Positions 36,742 through 47,560 of a stretch of 64,000 nt of DNA are shown piece after piece. Position 1 is the first letter of the stretch; each line of letters starts with the position of its first letter. A model generated the notes under the pieces. The model worked only from the letters and a program-made list of their open reading frames with translations. It did no database searches and had not been told where the DNA came from. A program made the position numbers and the translations under genes. Origin of the DNA: Bacillota bacterium (GTDB lineage Bacteria > Bacillota > Limnochordia > Darwinibacteriales > Darwinibacteriaceae); NCBI GenBank assembly GCA_012838305.1, contig DUPN01000003.1:29335-93334 (forward strand), given 5' to 3'.

Positions 36742-38424
36742 ATGCAAAAATTACAGATTTGTGTGTTCAAATATCAAGGAGCCTATCGCCTGTGTTTGGT
36801 GCGCCACCCGAGGCACTTAGGGGATCTTTCGTTAGGCGCAGCGGAGGGCGTGGCTATTCTCTCTCCGCCTCTGTCCAGTACCGCGGCGTACAAGTCGCTT
36901 GGCATCTGGCAGGGTCGCTTTCGGGGTAGGTGGAGCCGCCTGTGGTGGGCTCTGGCCCTAAGGCAGATGCACGCAAAGGGCTGGACCGTCAAGGCCCAGG
37001 CCGCAGAAGGGCAAGAACGTGTCTTCGATGTCTTGGACAGATTGAGACAACTCCTAGAGGGTCGTCTTCTGTCCGAGCAGCGCTTGATGCGGTTGCTGCG
37101 GCAGGAGGGATTTTGGCCCAGCGATATTAGCAGAGCATTGGACCTAGGGGTGCAGCGATCAGAGTTAAGGCAAGTCCCAGGATTTGTGCAGGGTTCTTGG
37201 GGACGCCTCATCTGTTCGCGGTGTCAAAGTGAAGAGGCGCAGGCGTTCCCCTGTATGGTTTGCGGAAGCGGGGACTGTCTCCTCTGTCTGGAGTGCCGCT
37301 CCATGGGTGAACACCGCTCCTGCAGTGTCTTGTTTTCCCTGCAGGCGTCTCCCAGGCCCGCTGGCCCACGTCCTGTGGAACTTAGTCTAACGTATACATT
37401 GACAGAACCGCAAAAACAGGCTAGCCAAGCCCTTCGCCAGTTCTGGCTGAGAGGTGAAGGCAAGGCTTTGGTCTGGGCGGCCTGCGGCGCAGGAAAAACG
37501 GAAGTGACCTTCGCCGTGATCCGAGACGTTCTGCAGGGGGGCGGAGAAGTGCTTTTTGCCATCCCCAGGCAGGATATTGTCAAAGAGATGGCAGATCGCC
37601 TGCGCCGCGCATTTCCCCATGTCCAGGTGGCGGCCCATTACAGCGGTCAACCCTGGTTAGCTCCTGGACCGTTGGTTGTGGCTACGACCCATCAAGTACT
37701 CCATTTCCACCGGCGCTTTCACTTGGCCATCCTTGATGAGGTGGATGCTTTTCCGTACCAAGGCAATGAAATGCTGCGCCTTGGTTTGAAGCGCGCCCTT
37801 CAACCCCAGGGAAAGCTCGTCGAAATGACCGCCACCCCCCAGGCCCAGCGCGAGTATGGGCAGATCATTACCATCCCCGCACGCTACCATGGTTTTGCCC
37901 TACCCGAGCCCGAGCTTGTGGCTTGGGCCTTGCCTCCCTGGTCTGTGTTACAGGCCGAGGATTTTCCGGCTTTTCTCTTGGACAGGCTGGGAGGCGCAGG
38001 CCACCCCTGGCTCATTTTCGCCCCCACCATTTCTGCCTGCAGTGCCCTGCACAAGGTCTTGGCGGAGGTTACGGACAAGTCCGTGGGTCTCTGCCATTCC
38101 AAAGTGCCCGACCGCGCTGAGGTGGTTCGGGATTTTCGGGAAAATAGGCTAGAGATGGTTGTGTCAACGTCTGTACTGGAACGGGGCGTAAACTTCCCGG
38201 GAGTCGGGGTGATGGTGCTCTATGCGGACCACAGTGTTTTTTCCGTGAGTACGCTGGTACAGATGGCAGGACGTGTAGGTCGAACAGCGGACTCGCCAAG
38301 GGGTACAGTCATCTTCGCCGCGGCCAGGATCGCCTGGCCCATGAAAAAATCTTTGCAGTTGATCCGCCACCTGAATGATCAGGCCAAAGAGAGGGGGCTT
38401 CTCTTCAATGAAGGCACTGCGTGA
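36742..38424 (+). CDS. comFA: Competence helicase ComFA (DEAD/DEAH-box, with a zinc-finger N-region)
   Basis: It has a Cys cluster (CSRCQ..CMVCGSGDCLLCLEC). Helicase motifs are WAACGAGKTE, ILDEVDAFPY and TIPARYHGFALPEP, which is co-linear with B. subtilis ComFA. The RBS is GAGGAGGG. Confidence 0.8.
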   Translation: MQKLQICVFKYQGAYRLCLVRHPRHLGDLSLGAAEGVAILSPPLSSTAAYKSLGIWQGRFRGRWSRLWWALALRQMHAKGWTVKAQAAEGQERVFDVLDRLRQLLEGRLLSEQRLMRLLRQEGFWPSDISRALDLGVQRSELRQVPGFVQGSWGRLICSRCQSEEAQAFPCMVCGSGDCLLCLECRSMGEHRSCSVLFSLQASPRPAGPRPVELSLTYTLTEPQKQASQALRQFWLRGEGKALVWAACGAGKTEVTFAVIRDVLQGGGEVLFAIPRQDIVKEMADRLRRAFPHVQVAAHYSGQPWLAPGPLVVATTHQVLHFHRRFHLAILDEVDAFPYQGNEMLRLGLKRALQPQGKLVEMTATPQAQREYGQIITIPARYHGFALPEPELVAWALPPWSVLQAEDFPAFLLDRLGGAGHPWLIFAPTISACSALHKVLAEVTDKSVGLCHSKVPDRAEVVRDFRENRLEMVVSTSVLERGVNFPGVGVMVLYADHSVFSVSTLVQMAGRVGRTADSPRGTVIFAAARIAWPMKKSLQLIRHLNDQAKERGLLFNEGTA

Positions 38425-39085
38425 CTGGTGGAAGGCACTAGAGCAGCTGCTGCTCCCTGCAACCCCCCCTTGCGGCCTGTGCGGAGAGTATCCCCGTTTG
38501 CCTGTGGGGGCCTGCCGGGCTTGCCTAGATTCGCTAGCGATTCGCTGGGAGCGATGGGACGTACAGGGCTACCCCTGTTTCTCCCTGTTTCCCTACCAAG
38601 GCTTCGGGCGGGACATAATCCATCGCATGAAATTCCAAGGCGGGCTGGAGATTGCCTCTACCCTTGGGTTTTTCCTGGGATTGGCCGCACGGGAAGAACC
38701 ACAGCTCGCGCAGGTTGATCTCCTCGTTCCTGTTCCTCTGCATCCAGCGAGGTTGCAGCAGAGAGGGTTCAACCAAACGGTGATTTTGTGCCAGTACATG
38801 CAGACAGCCTGGAAGCGGCCTGTCTGCGATTTTGTTTTGCGCACCCGCAGGACAGAGACCCAGAGCGGACTGTCGTCTGCCAAGCGAAAACATAATCTAC
38901 GCAGGGCCTTTGCCCTGCTGCCCGGTTTCGACTTTCGCAAGAAGCGCTGCTTAATTGTGGACGATGTGATCACTTCGGGCCATACCTTTGCCTCCCTGGC
39001 TCAGCTGATCGAAGAGTATGGAGGCCAACCCATGGGGATTTTTGCAGCCCGCACAGAAAGGTGGAATAGAGGTTATCAGCTTTAG
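38408..39085 (+). CDS. comFC: ComFC-family phosphoribosyltransferase-domain competence protein
   Basis: An N-terminal Cys pair (CGLCG..CRAC) is followed by a PRTase motif (CLIVDDVITSGHTF). It overlaps the end of comFA. Confidence 0.75.
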   Translation: MKALRDWWKALEQLLLPATPPCGLCGEYPRLPVGACRACLDSLAIRWERWDVQGYPCFSLFPYQGFGRDIIHRMKFQGGLEIASTLGFFLGLAAREEPQLAQVDLLVPVPLHPARLQQRGFNQTVILCQYMQTAWKRPVCDFVLRTRRTETQSGLSSAKRKHNLRRAFALLPGFDFRKKRCLIVDDVITSGHTFASLAQLIEEYGGQPMGIFAARTERWNRGYQL

Positions 39086-39162
39086 AAGGCTGCTTCATCT
39101 TGGTTTCCCTCCTGTCTAAATCCTGGAATTTCGGGAAGACTACTAGCTAGGGAGGGACAAAT

Positions 39163-39405
39163 ATGCTCGTATTAACACGTAAAGTCGATCAGAGCATTAT
39201 GATTGGTGATGAGATCCGCATTGTGGTCGTGGATGTCCGGGGAGACCAAGTGAAAATCGGGATCGATGCTCCCCGCGACATTATGGTGCATCGCCACGAA
39301 ATCTACCAAGGTATTCAGGAGGAAAATCAAAGAATTTCCGATCCGAAGGGGATGGGGTTTGGCGTCGTGGACAGCCCTGTCCAAGACATGACCCCTCCGA
39401 GATAA
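39163..39405 (+). CDS. csrA: Carbon storage regulator CsrA
   Basis: [48 protein letters not shown] is a canonical CsrA sequence. Confidence 0.85.
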   Translation: MLVLTRKVDQSIMIGDEIRIVVVDVRGDQVKIGIDAPRDIMVHRHEIYQGIQEENQRISDPKGMGFGVVDSPVQDMTPPR

Positions 39406-39533
39406 CTGACAACGTTGCCCTCTGCCAAGCATGTTGATTTCCAAACCTTGACAATAGCTTGTGTATTATGATAAAGTTAAGTCACCGGAAAATTTAGGAC
39501 CGGAGTTTTAGATTTTAGGAGGAATGTTTACCA

Positions 39534-39734
39534 ATGCTAGGTAAGGTGAAGTGGTTCAACGCTGAAAAGGGTTATGGATTCATCGAGCGGGAAGACGGGG
39601 AAGGGGATGTGTTCGTACACTTTTCGGCAATTCAGCAAGAGGGCTTTAAATCTCTCCAAGAAGGCGAAAGTGTGGAATTCGATATCGTTTCTGGTGACCG
39701 AGGACCCCAAGCGGCCAACGTCGTTAAAATCTAA
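39534..39734 (+). CDS. cspA: Cold-shock protein (CspA family)
   Basis: [31 protein letters not shown] carries the RNP1 and RNP2 motifs. The product is 66 aa. Confidence 0.9.
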   Translation: MLGKVKWFNAEKGYGFIEREDGEGDVFVHFSAIQQEGFKSLQEGESVEFDIVSGDRGPQAANVVKI

Positions 39735-39742
39735 CTGTGAAA

Positions 39743-39773
39743 GGACTGAGTGCAGACTCAGTCCATTTTTTTC
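39743..39773 (+). terminator. Rho-independent terminator of cspA
   Basis: The stem is GGACTGAGT-GCAG-ACTCAGTCC, followed by ATTTTTTTC. Confidence 0.6.
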
Positions 39774-39851
39774 TTTGGGGGAGGATTTTCGCTTCAGTAT
39801 GGGAAATATTAGGTACTAAGAACGAGGTTTATCATTGAAGGAGTGATTAAT

Positions 39852-40397
39852 GTGGCCACAATTAGGATCAATATTACGGGGAAGAATCTAGAGATTACGC
39901 AGTCTTTGCGGGGCTATGTAGAAAGAAAAGTTGCCAAGCTCGAAAAATACCTCAATGATAATCGAACATTTTCCGCTGAAGTAATGCTCAGGACCGAACG
40001 GGGCATTCATATCGCAGAAGTAACCATGAACCTATCCGGCATACTTCTGCGGGGAGAGGGCAAGACAGGTGATATGTATGCGTCTATCGATGCGGCGGTG
40101 GACCGCATTGAGCGTCAGTTCAACAAGTACAAGGCGAAGATCGGTCGCAGAGTGTCCGGGCCAAAACTCGGTGAAATGGCAGCGCAGGCCCAAACAACCG
40201 CGGACGATGCACCGGAGCCGCGTATTGTCCGCACGAAGCGGTTTGCCCTCCGGCCCATGGATGTGGAGGAGGCCGTGATGCAGATGGAGCTGCTTGGACA
40301 CGATTTCTTTGTGTTCCGAGACGCCGACAGTGGTGACGTCAGTGTTGTTTATAAACGGCGGGACGGCAATTACGGCCTGATCGAGTCGGAGTTCTAG
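39852..40397 (+). CDS. hpf: Ribosome hibernation promoting factor, long form (Hpf/YvyD)
   Basis: It has the sigma-54-modulation/S30EA N-domain (INITGKNLEITQSLRGYVERKVAKLEKY) and the C-terminal dimerisation domain (FFVFRDADSGDVSVVYKRRDGNYGLIE). The start is GTG at 39852 after GAAGGAG. Confidence 0.85.
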   Translation: MATIRINITGKNLEITQSLRGYVERKVAKLEKYLNDNRTFSAEVMLRTERGIHIAEVTMNLSGILLRGEGKTGDMYASIDAAVDRIERQFNKYKAKIGRRVSGPKLGEMAAQAQTTADDAPEPRIVRTKRFALRPMDVEEAVMQMELLGHDFFVFRDADSGDVSVVYKRRDGNYGLIESEF

Positions 40398-40463
40398 ATT
40401 GACGCGGTCCTTCCTAAGGTCCCCAAGAGCGCCGCTTCATTGTTCAAAACAAGAGTCATTTAC

Positions 40464-40492
40464 GGGGGAGCACAAGCTCCCTCCTTTGGTTT
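40464..40492 (+). terminator. Candidate terminator after hpf
   Basis: GGGGGAGC-ACAA-GCTCCC is followed by TCCTTTGGTTT, which is a weak U-tract. Confidence 0.35.
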
Positions 40493-40498
40493 CGTCGA

Positions 40499-41872
40499 AT
40501 GTATCCCGATGAGGTGATGGCCATATTCCAGACAACGCACGACGTAGAGAACTTTGTTTATGCGTCCTACATGAAAGCCCTACCCCATATACCTCCCGGC
40601 TTGCCCGACAAGGATGTTCGAAATCCTATTTATTCTAGAATGCTCCTGGACAAGCTGGGGCGGCCCGACGCTGCGCAGTATAATCTCTTAGTTACAGGGA
40701 GCAAGGGCAAGGGTTCTGTGAGCAGAATGGTTTCCAGCCTTCTCCAAGCACACGGATACAAGGTGGGCTTGTTTTCCGGGCCTCATCTTGTGCAGTTTAA
40801 TGAACGCATCCGCATTAACGGACGGGCTGTTTCCGATCAAGATCTGATGCGCTATGCTGATTTGATTCAGCCTGCTGTGGATGGGATTCAGAGTACTCTA
40901 CCCGCCAACCACTACCTAGGACCGGTGGGTATTATCGCTGTCATGGCCATGCTGTACTTCCTTGACAACGCAACCCAGTACAATGTGATTGAGTGCGGCA
41001 AAGGGGCAAGATATGATGATGTCAACATGGTGTCCAGCAATGGATCCCTGATTAACACAGTGTTTGAAGAGCACATGCCCAAGCTGGGGACCAGTATTGT
41101 AGAAATTGCCCGTGACAAGGCCGCGGTGATCAAGTCTACGCAGGACTTTACGCTTTCCGCGGCGCAGAGGCCAGAAGTACATGAGATCATTCGCAAGGAA
41201 GCGAACAGTAAGGGTGTGCCCCTTTACAGCTATGACCATCATTTTTGCTGCAAGAATGTGGAGGTCACATCCCAAGGTACCCGCTTTGATGTCAGCACGG
41301 AGCAGGGGAGTTATCCCAATCTCAGCCTAAGACTTCTAGGCCGGCATCAGGCCTATAACGCTGCTTTGGCCATAGGTGCGGCAGAAAAGATCCTAGGGGG
41401 TCTCGATGCGGATCGGGTCGCCCACTGTTTTCAGAACCTCACTTGGCCGGGAAGGCTGGAAATCATTGACCATGATCCCACTGTAGTCTTGGATGGATGT
41501 ATTAACAGGGAGTGTGCCCAGTACATCGCCGAATTTGTGGAGTCGACCGGGAAAAAGCAAGTTGTCTTCATTGTGGGAATACCTGATGACAAGGATTACA
41601 TGGGCGTCATTCAACGCATCAAACCGTTAGCGGCCGCCATTATCCTGACCCAGACCAAGAACAGATATTTGAAGTTTTGCGGTGATCAGCTGCAGCGAGT
41701 GAAGGATGCGATGGGGGGTCCCGTCTATTTTGCCCCCACCATTGACCAGGCTCTGCATCAGGCGCAGGCGCTCGTCAGTGCGGAGGATATGGTTTGTATC
41801 ATTGGCACGCAATCTCTAGTCAAGGATACGAAAGAACTCTTTCACCAAGATACGCTGCATCTCGATGGATAG
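40499..41872 (+). CDS. FolC-family Mur-ligase-type protein (folylpolyglutamate synthase/dihydrofolate synthase-like)
   Basis: The P-loop is LLVTGSKGKGSV, and GYKVGLFSGPHLVQFNERIRINGRAVSD closely parallels E. coli FolC GYKVGVYSSPHLVRYTERVRVQG. A C-terminal GRLE motif is also present. Confidence 0.7.
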   Translation: MYPDEVMAIFQTTHDVENFVYASYMKALPHIPPGLPDKDVRNPIYSRMLLDKLGRPDAAQYNLLVTGSKGKGSVSRMVSSLLQAHGYKVGLFSGPHLVQFNERIRINGRAVSDQDLMRYADLIQPAVDGIQSTLPANHYLGPVGIIAVMAMLYFLDNATQYNVIECGKGARYDDVNMVSSNGSLINTVFEEHMPKLGTSIVEIARDKAAVIKSTQDFTLSAAQRPEVHEIIRKEANSKGVPLYSYDHHFCCKNVEVTSQGTRFDVSTEQGSYPNLSLRLLGRHQAYNAALAIGAAEKILGGLDADRVAHCFQNLTWPGRLEIIDHDPTVVLDGCINRECAQYIAEFVESTGKKQVVFIVGIPDDKDYMGVIQRIKPLAAAIILTQTKNRYLKFCGDQLQRVKDAMGGPVYFAPTIDQALHQAQALVSAEDMVCIIGTQSLVKDTKELFHQDTLHLDG

Positions 41873-41889
41873 GAGGTTGGTGAGTAGAC

Positions 41890-43887
41890 GTGGATGTTCT
41901 CCTGGACAAGAATCGGTTATTGCAGCAGGCGATCCGCCATGAACAACGGTTCTCATCCCATGGATACGATGGGCAGCCTCAAGCAGGTAGCTTCGTGTAC
42001 CAGCAAGGAACCATACCCATTTTACTGTCGGCTCCCCATGCTGTAAATCACTTTAGAGATGGGCGGTTGAAAGCGGCCGAGGTCTACACCGGGGCCATAT
42101 CGCTGCTCCTGCATGAGCTGACGCGATGCCACATCATCTATAAAGCGAAGAATGACGGGAAAGATCCCAACCACGATAGCTTCGAGGAGGATCATGGCTA
42201 TAAGCAGCGGATTGTCGATTCCTGCAGGGAACATGGGATTACGCTGTTTATTGATTTACACGGCGCCGCAGCCAGCAGGGAGATTGATCTGGATCTGGGA
42301 ACCAATCACGGCCAGTCTCTACAAGAGTTTGATTGCTTGCCCCGGATCATCCAGGTCCTTTGTGCACAGCACGGCCTGGACAATGTGGGACACAACAAAA
42401 TCTTCAGTGCCGACCCGCCGAATAATGTGACCAGAAATGTGGGGGAACGGGGCATGATCCCGGCCCTCCAGTTTGAAGTGAATCGGCGTTTTCGCCAGCC
42501 GCAGGAAGACCCCGAACGCTTCGTACACTTTGTGCAGGCTCTCTGTGACATCATTGGGTTTTTTGCCGCCTTCAACTGGAATCCGGAAACCTATGTCCTC
42601 AAGGCCAAGCGAAGCAATATACCTCTACCCATGGATAAGGTGGAGTTTGCGGCCCAGGAGATTGCCAGGTACGGCCTGAGCCAGCATGATACCTTCCAGC
42701 TTATGCCCATCCAGCCCGGGACGGCGCCCTCGCCCTTTTTGGGACGGCTGAAAATGCCAACAAGGACGAAACCACTGCACCCGGGGTATGTTTACTTAAC
42801 CACGAAGCTGTACGAAGAGGTAGTAGGGCCCTTGGCCAAAGCGTCTGGACAGGAGTATATTCTCGTCCAAAAGAGCCCAAGAAAGGATGTATCCCTGGGC
42901 ATTCCCAGGGTGGGTGTGGACCGGGTGTTTCTAGGTTCGGAACTGGTCAAAGACCTTGATCCGAAGAAGGGATACCAACTCTACAATCGTAACGATGATA
43001 TTGACTACACCTTAGACTGTGTCCAGGAGTATCAGCCAAGAAAGCTCAGTAATCGCCTGTATCTGAACTACTTTCAGCGGCAGCTGATGAATCTGAACAT
43101 CCCCAAAAAAGTGATCCCGGCCGAGCAGTACGCCTCCTATCTGAACAAAGCTGAGTTGAGTCCTGCAGAAAAGGCACTGCTGCAAGAAGCTTATGAGAAC
43201 CATAAACAGTATTATAGAATCAAAAAGGAGTATATTACCGATGAGAGCCTAAAGGCAGTGTTTCGCACACTTCGACTGGACAGAGTTGAGCTGATCGAGA
43301 TCCAAGGCGATGCACCCAGGCAGACCGAACGTGGTCTGCAGCAAACGATCCGGTGTCTAGCCGAGGGTGTACTGCGCCGGCTGATTGACACCAAACCTAT
43401 TCAGCTGCGCAGCGGGAGGCCGTACAGCACCGACGAGGATAGTGACATTGTCCGCATTATGCCCACCACCATGAAAATCCTAGGTATTTGTGAGCTCGAT
43501 AAGGTTGTGATTGAGCACAGAGGCAAAAGGGTGGTCCTGCGAGCTCTCGAGTTTGATTCGTTTGACCCGCTCCTGGACGCCAATCCCCTCGTTTATGATG
43601 AGGCGGAGGCCAATGTGCTGATCGGTATCCCCGCCAAGTACCGGCATGAGCTCGGTATCTTATCTCTGAACAGTATCGTCACGGTATCCCGGGATATGCA
43701 GTACCTTTTCGTGAAGAACGGCAATCACCAGGTCTTGCCCATTATTGGTGTCGTCTTCACCATCCTACAGACATTCCAACAGCCCATCTATCGAATTTTA
43801 TTATGCTGCGCTGCCGTACCTGCCGCTATCTATGTGAGCTTGTCACAGGAGCGAGCCCGAATTGACCGTAGACAAGGTAGGCTATAG
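41890..43887 (+). CDS. Large multidomain hypothetical protein whose N-terminal domain resembles the DUF867/PghP poly-gamma-glutamate hydrolase (zinc amidohydrolase) family, with a ~430 aa uncharacterised C-terminal region and a hydrophobic tail
   Basis: [10 protein letters not shown]...AAEVYTG...LFIDLHGAA parallels the PghP metal-binding pattern (APHGG...E...HG). The C-terminal segment is hydrophobic ([12 protein letters not shown]...[11 protein letters not shown]). The start is GTG after GGAGGTTGG. Confidence 0.35.
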   Translation: MDVLLDKNRLLQQAIRHEQRFSSHGYDGQPQAGSFVYQQGTIPILLSAPHAVNHFRDGRLKAAEVYTGAISLLLHELTRCHIIYKAKNDGKDPNHDSFEEDHGYKQRIVDSCREHGITLFIDLHGAAASREIDLDLGTNHGQSLQEFDCLPRIIQVLCAQHGLDNVGHNKIFSADPPNNVTRNVGERGMIPALQFEVNRRFRQPQEDPERFVHFVQALCDIIGFFAAFNWNPETYVLKAKRSNIPLPMDKVEFAAQEIARYGLSQHDTFQLMPIQPGTAPSPFLGRLKMPTRTKPLHPGYVYLTTKLYEEVVGPLAKASGQEYILVQKSPRKDVSLGIPRVGVDRVFLGSELVKDLDPKKGYQLYNRNDDIDYTLDCVQEYQPRKLSNRLYLNYFQRQLMNLNIPKKVIPAEQYASYLNKAELSPAEKALLQEAYENHKQYYRIKKEYITDESLKAVFRTLRLDRVELIEIQGDAPRQTERGLQQTIRCLAEGVLRRLIDTKPIQLRSGRPYSTDEDSDIVRIMPTTMKILGICELDKVVIEHRGKRVVLRALEFDSFDPLLDANPLVYDEAEANVLIGIPAKYRHELGILSLNSIVTVSRDMQYLFVKNGNHQVLPIIGVVFTILQTFQQPIYRILLCCAAVPAAIYVSLSQERARIDRRQGRL

Positions 43888-43909
43888 AATAGACCCAGGA
43901 GGTAGAGAT

Positions 43910-46414
43910 GTGCTCAAGAGTATAAAGAACTTTTTCGATCCTACGGAGCGAGAATTGAAACGTCTGGACTCCGTTGTGCAGTCAATCAACGCCTTAGAGC
44001 CGGAGATGAAGGGACTCAGCGATGATCAGCTGCGTAATAAGACCAGCTACTTCCAGGCGAAATTGCAGGACGGAGCTACTCTGGACGATATACTCCCCGC
44101 AGCCTTTGCCGTTGTGCGCGAGACATCGCGGCGGGTCTTAAAGATGCGCCACTTTGATGTGCAGCTTCTCGGTGGAATCATCTTGCACCAAGGGCGCATT
44201 GCCGAGATGAAGACGGGGGAAGGAAAGACATTGGTGGCCACCTTGCCGGTCTACCTCAATGCCTTGACCAACCAGGGAGTCCATGTAGTCACCGTTAATG
44301 ACTACCTGGCTCGGCGTGACGCGGAATGGATGGGACAGATCTATGAGTTCCTCGGGCTCGAGGTTGGCGTGGTGGTCCATGGGCTTAGTTTTGAAGAACG
44401 TAAAGCAGCGTATAGTGCACATATCACCTATGGAACCAACAATGAATTCGGCTTTGACTATTTGCGGGACAATATGGTTGTCTATCCGGAACAAATGGTG
44501 CAAAGGGAGCTTCATTATGCCATTGTGGACGAAGTAGACTCCATCTTAATCGACGAAGCGAGAACTCCGCTGATCATCTCTGGCGCAGCGGAAGATTCAG
44601 CTCAGCACTACATGCGTTTTGCTCAGATTGTTCCCCAGCTCAAGCCGGAACGGGACTATGCTGTTGACGAGAAGGCGAGAACGATTGCCATTACGGAAGA
44701 CGGGGTGGCGAGGGTTGAGAAGATTCTCGGTGTCGAAAACCTCTTTGATGATGTGCATTTTGAACTCAACCATTACTTGAACCAAGCACTGAAGGCCAAA
44801 GAATTCTTTATGCGGGACCGGGATTATGTTGTCAAAGACGGCGAAGTGATCATCGTTGACGAGTTTACGGGCCGCATGATGCCGGGCCGGCGCTATTCCG
44901 ACGGGCTTCACCAGAGTATCGAGGCGAAAGAAGGGGTTTCTGTCTTAAAGGAAAGCCAGACCCTAGCCTCTATTACCTATCAGAATTATTTCCGAATGTA
45001 TACTAAGCTTGCGGGAATGACCGGAACGGCCAAGACCGAAGAAGACGAGTTTCGGAAAATCTATGGGCTCGATGTAGCCGTGATCCCCACGAACATGCCT
45101 ATGATTCGAAAGGACTATCCCGACGCGGTCTACAAGACTGTTAAGGGTAAAGCTGATGCCATTATTCGAGATATCATGGAGCGTCACAGTAAAGGCCAAC
45201 CTGTCTTGGTGGGTACCATCAGCATTGAAGCGTCGGAAATGTACAGCGCACTGTTGAAACGCAAGGGCATCGAGCACCAGGTGCTCAATGCCAAGTATCA
45301 TGACAAGGAAGCGGAGATTGTGAAACAGGCTGGTCAGCGGGGCATGGTCACCATTGCCACGAATATGGCTGGCCGGGGGACAGACATTGTCCTTGGAGAA
45401 GGCGTGGTGGAACTGGGCGGTCTGCATATCATTGGTACTGAGCGCCATGAGTCCCGCCGTATCGATAATCAGCTGCGGGGACGTTCCGGGCGGCAAGGGG
45501 ATCCAGGTTCCTCCCAGTTTTATGTGTCCATGGAAGATGACATCATGCGCCTCTTCGGCTCCGATCGGATTATGGGGCTGATGGATCGTCTTGGCTGGGA
45601 AGAGGATCAGGTGATTGACCATCCCCAGATCAGCAAAGGGATTGAGAACGCGCAAAAACGCGTGGAGAGCCGCCACTTTGAAATACGAAAACAGGTTCTG
45701 GAATATGACGATGTCATGAACCAGCAGCGGGAAGTGATCTACGAGCAAAGACGGGGTGTATTACTGAACGAAAACATCTCCGAGCAGATTGATGCCATGT
45801 TCGAGCCTGTCTTTGAGCGCTTGGTGCAGCGCTATGCCGATGAGAAGGTCATCCCGGAGGAATGGAATATTGAGGCCATTCAACAGCAGTACAAAGAGAT
45901 CGTAGGGAGACCCCTTGCCAAGACGAGCCAGGAGCTGGGCGATCTCACCCCTGCTCAGATGGTGCAGGAGCTCACGGCCCTGGCCAGGCAGGCCTACGAG
46001 CAGAGGACGGCGGAGTACGGAGCGGACTTGCAGAGACAGATTGAGAAAGTGGTTCTTCTTCAGATCACGGATCAGAAATGGATGAACCATTTAAGTGCCA
46101 TGGATGACTTGCGGGAAGGAATTGGGCTGCGGGCTTACGCCCAGAGGGATCCCCTTCTGGAGTACCGTTTTGAAGCGTATGAGATGTTCCAGGAGATGAT
46201 CCACAGCATCCAGGAAGATACCATCAGTATGCTCTTCAAGGTTCGTTTGACCTCGCCGGAGAGCAGCAGGCCCAAAGACCGCCTGGCCGGTGCCCAAACG
46301 AATCAAGGTGACGAAGTGGAGAAGCAGCCCCGTCGAGTGGAAAAGAAGGTGGGTCGCAATGATCCATGTCCTTGCGGAAGCGGGAAGAAATACAAGAAGT
46401 GTCATGGGAGGTAA
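43910..46414 (+). CDS. secA: Preprotein translocase ATPase SecA
   Basis: It begins MLKSIKNFF.. and has the motifs [35 protein letters not shown] and the C-terminal zinc finger [14 protein letters not shown]. The start is GTG at 43910 after AGGAGG. Confidence 0.9.
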   Translation: MLKSIKNFFDPTERELKRLDSVVQSINALEPEMKGLSDDQLRNKTSYFQAKLQDGATLDDILPAAFAVVRETSRRVLKMRHFDVQLLGGIILHQGRIAEMKTGEGKTLVATLPVYLNALTNQGVHVVTVNDYLARRDAEWMGQIYEFLGLEVGVVVHGLSFEERKAAYSAHITYGTNNEFGFDYLRDNMVVYPEQMVQRELHYAIVDEVDSILIDEARTPLIISGAAEDSAQHYMRFAQIVPQLKPERDYAVDEKARTIAITEDGVARVEKILGVENLFDDVHFELNHYLNQALKAKEFFMRDRDYVVKDGEVIIVDEFTGRMMPGRRYSDGLHQSIEAKEGVSVLKESQTLASITYQNYFRMYTKLAGMTGTAKTEEDEFRKIYGLDVAVIPTNMPMIRKDYPDAVYKTVKGKADAIIRDIMERHSKGQPVLVGTISIEASEMYSALLKRKGIEHQVLNAKYHDKEAEIVKQAGQRGMVTIATNMAGRGTDIVLGEGVVELGGLHIIGTERHESRRIDNQLRGRSGRQGDPGSSQFYVSMEDDIMRLFGSDRIMGLMDRLGWEEDQVIDHPQISKGIENAQKRVESRHFEIRKQVLEYDDVMNQQREVIYEQRRGVLLNENISEQIDAMFEPVFERLVQRYADEKVIPEEWNIEAIQQQYKEIVGRPLAKTSQELGDLTPAQMVQELTALARQAYEQRTAEYGADLQRQIEKVVLLQITDQKWMNHLSAMDDLREGIGLRAYAQRDPLLEYRFEAYEMFQEMIHSIQEDTISMLFKVRLTSPESSRPKDRLAGAQTNQGDEVEKQPRRVEKKVGRNDPCPCGSGKKYKKCHGR

Positions 46415-46418
46415 TCTA

Positions 46419-47502
46419 GTGCACGAACGACTAAAAGACTTAGGCAGGCGGATTGAGGAAATGCGGGGATATCTTTGACATCGATCAAAAGGAGACCAAC
46501 CTCAAGGAGCTGGAGCAAGGTATGTTGGCCGCAGGATTCTGGGATAACCAAGAATTGGCTCAGCAGACCACCAAGGAGATCAGTATCCTCAAACGAACTA
46601 TAGAAGAGTGGAATTCCGTCCATGCTCTCCATGAAGATGCCTTGACGTTGGTAGAATTACTGGATGAAGCGGAGGACGAGAACTTCCGGGCCGAACTGGA
46701 GAGTCTCTTCCCCCGTCTGGAGCGTGCCGTGGATGAACTGGAGTTGGCCTCGCTGCTAAATGGCGAGTATGATCACGGAAATGCTATTTTGACCATCCAT
46801 CCAGGAGCAGGGGGAACGGAGTCCCAAGACTGGGCATCCATGTTACACAGGATGTATGTCCGCTGGGCTGAAGATCAAGGTTACGACGTAGAAGTCCTTG
46901 ATTACCAGGCAGGGGATGAAGCTGGATTGAAGGATGCAACTCTCCTCATCAAGGGACTCAATGCTTACGGCTATCTGCGCAGCGAAAAGGGGGTCCATCG
47001 TCTGGTTCGAATTTCGCCCTTTGACTCATCGGGGCGCAGGCATACTTCCTTTTCATCGGTGGAGGTCCTGCCGGAGATCGAGGATGATCTCACCATCGAG
47101 ATCAATCCCGATGATCTGCGCGTCGACACCTATCGAGCGAGCGGTGCAGGGGGCCAGCACGTGAACAAGACCGACTCAGCGATTCGCATCACCCATTTGC
47201 CTTCCGGTATCGTGGTGCAATGCCAGTCGGAGCGATCCCAGCATGCCAACCGTGAAGCGGCGTTGAAAATCCTCAGAGCGCGTCTTCTGGAGCGGCAGCT
47301 AGAGGAGCAGCGGGCCAAGCTGGAGAGTATCAAGGGCCAGCAGCAGGATATTGCCTGGGGCAGCCAAATCCGCTCCTATGTGTTCTGCCCCTACACCATG
47401 GTGAAGGACCATCGCAGCAATGTGGAAACGGGCAATGTAGATGGTGTCATGGACGGACATTTGGAACCATTCATTGAGGGCTTCCTCAAGTTGAAGCAAT
47501 GA
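46419..47502 (+). CDS. prfB: Peptide chain release factor 2 (PrfB), made by a programmed +1 frameshift: frame 0 covers 46419-46475 and the +1 frame covers 46477-47502
   Basis: Frame 0 encodes MHERLKDLGRRIEEMRGYL up to CTT-TGA-C (46473-46479), preceded by the internal SD-like GGGGAT. The +1 frame continues DIDQKETNLKEL... through the RF2 SPF motif (RISPFDSSGRRHTSF) and the GGQ motif (RASGAGGQHVNKTDSA). Confidence 0.85.
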
Positions 47503-47560
47503 AGATGATGGCCTTTTTCATTGGAGAGAAAAGGGCCATTTTTCGAGAGGCGGAACGACG

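Noticed and set aside
39406-39533. Possible promoter with a TTGACA box upstream of cspA
   Set aside because: TTGACA is present at about 39447, but no -10 hexamer lies at a workable spacing (TATTAT or TATGAT would leave spacers of only 10-13 bp). It is left unannotated. The long leader is nevertheless typical of csp genes.
46290-46478. 62-aa ORF called as a separate gene
   Set aside because: Its 3' part is the frame-0 leader of prfB, which ends at the programmed frameshift site. Its 5' part overlaps the secA C-terminus and is not translated in this frame.
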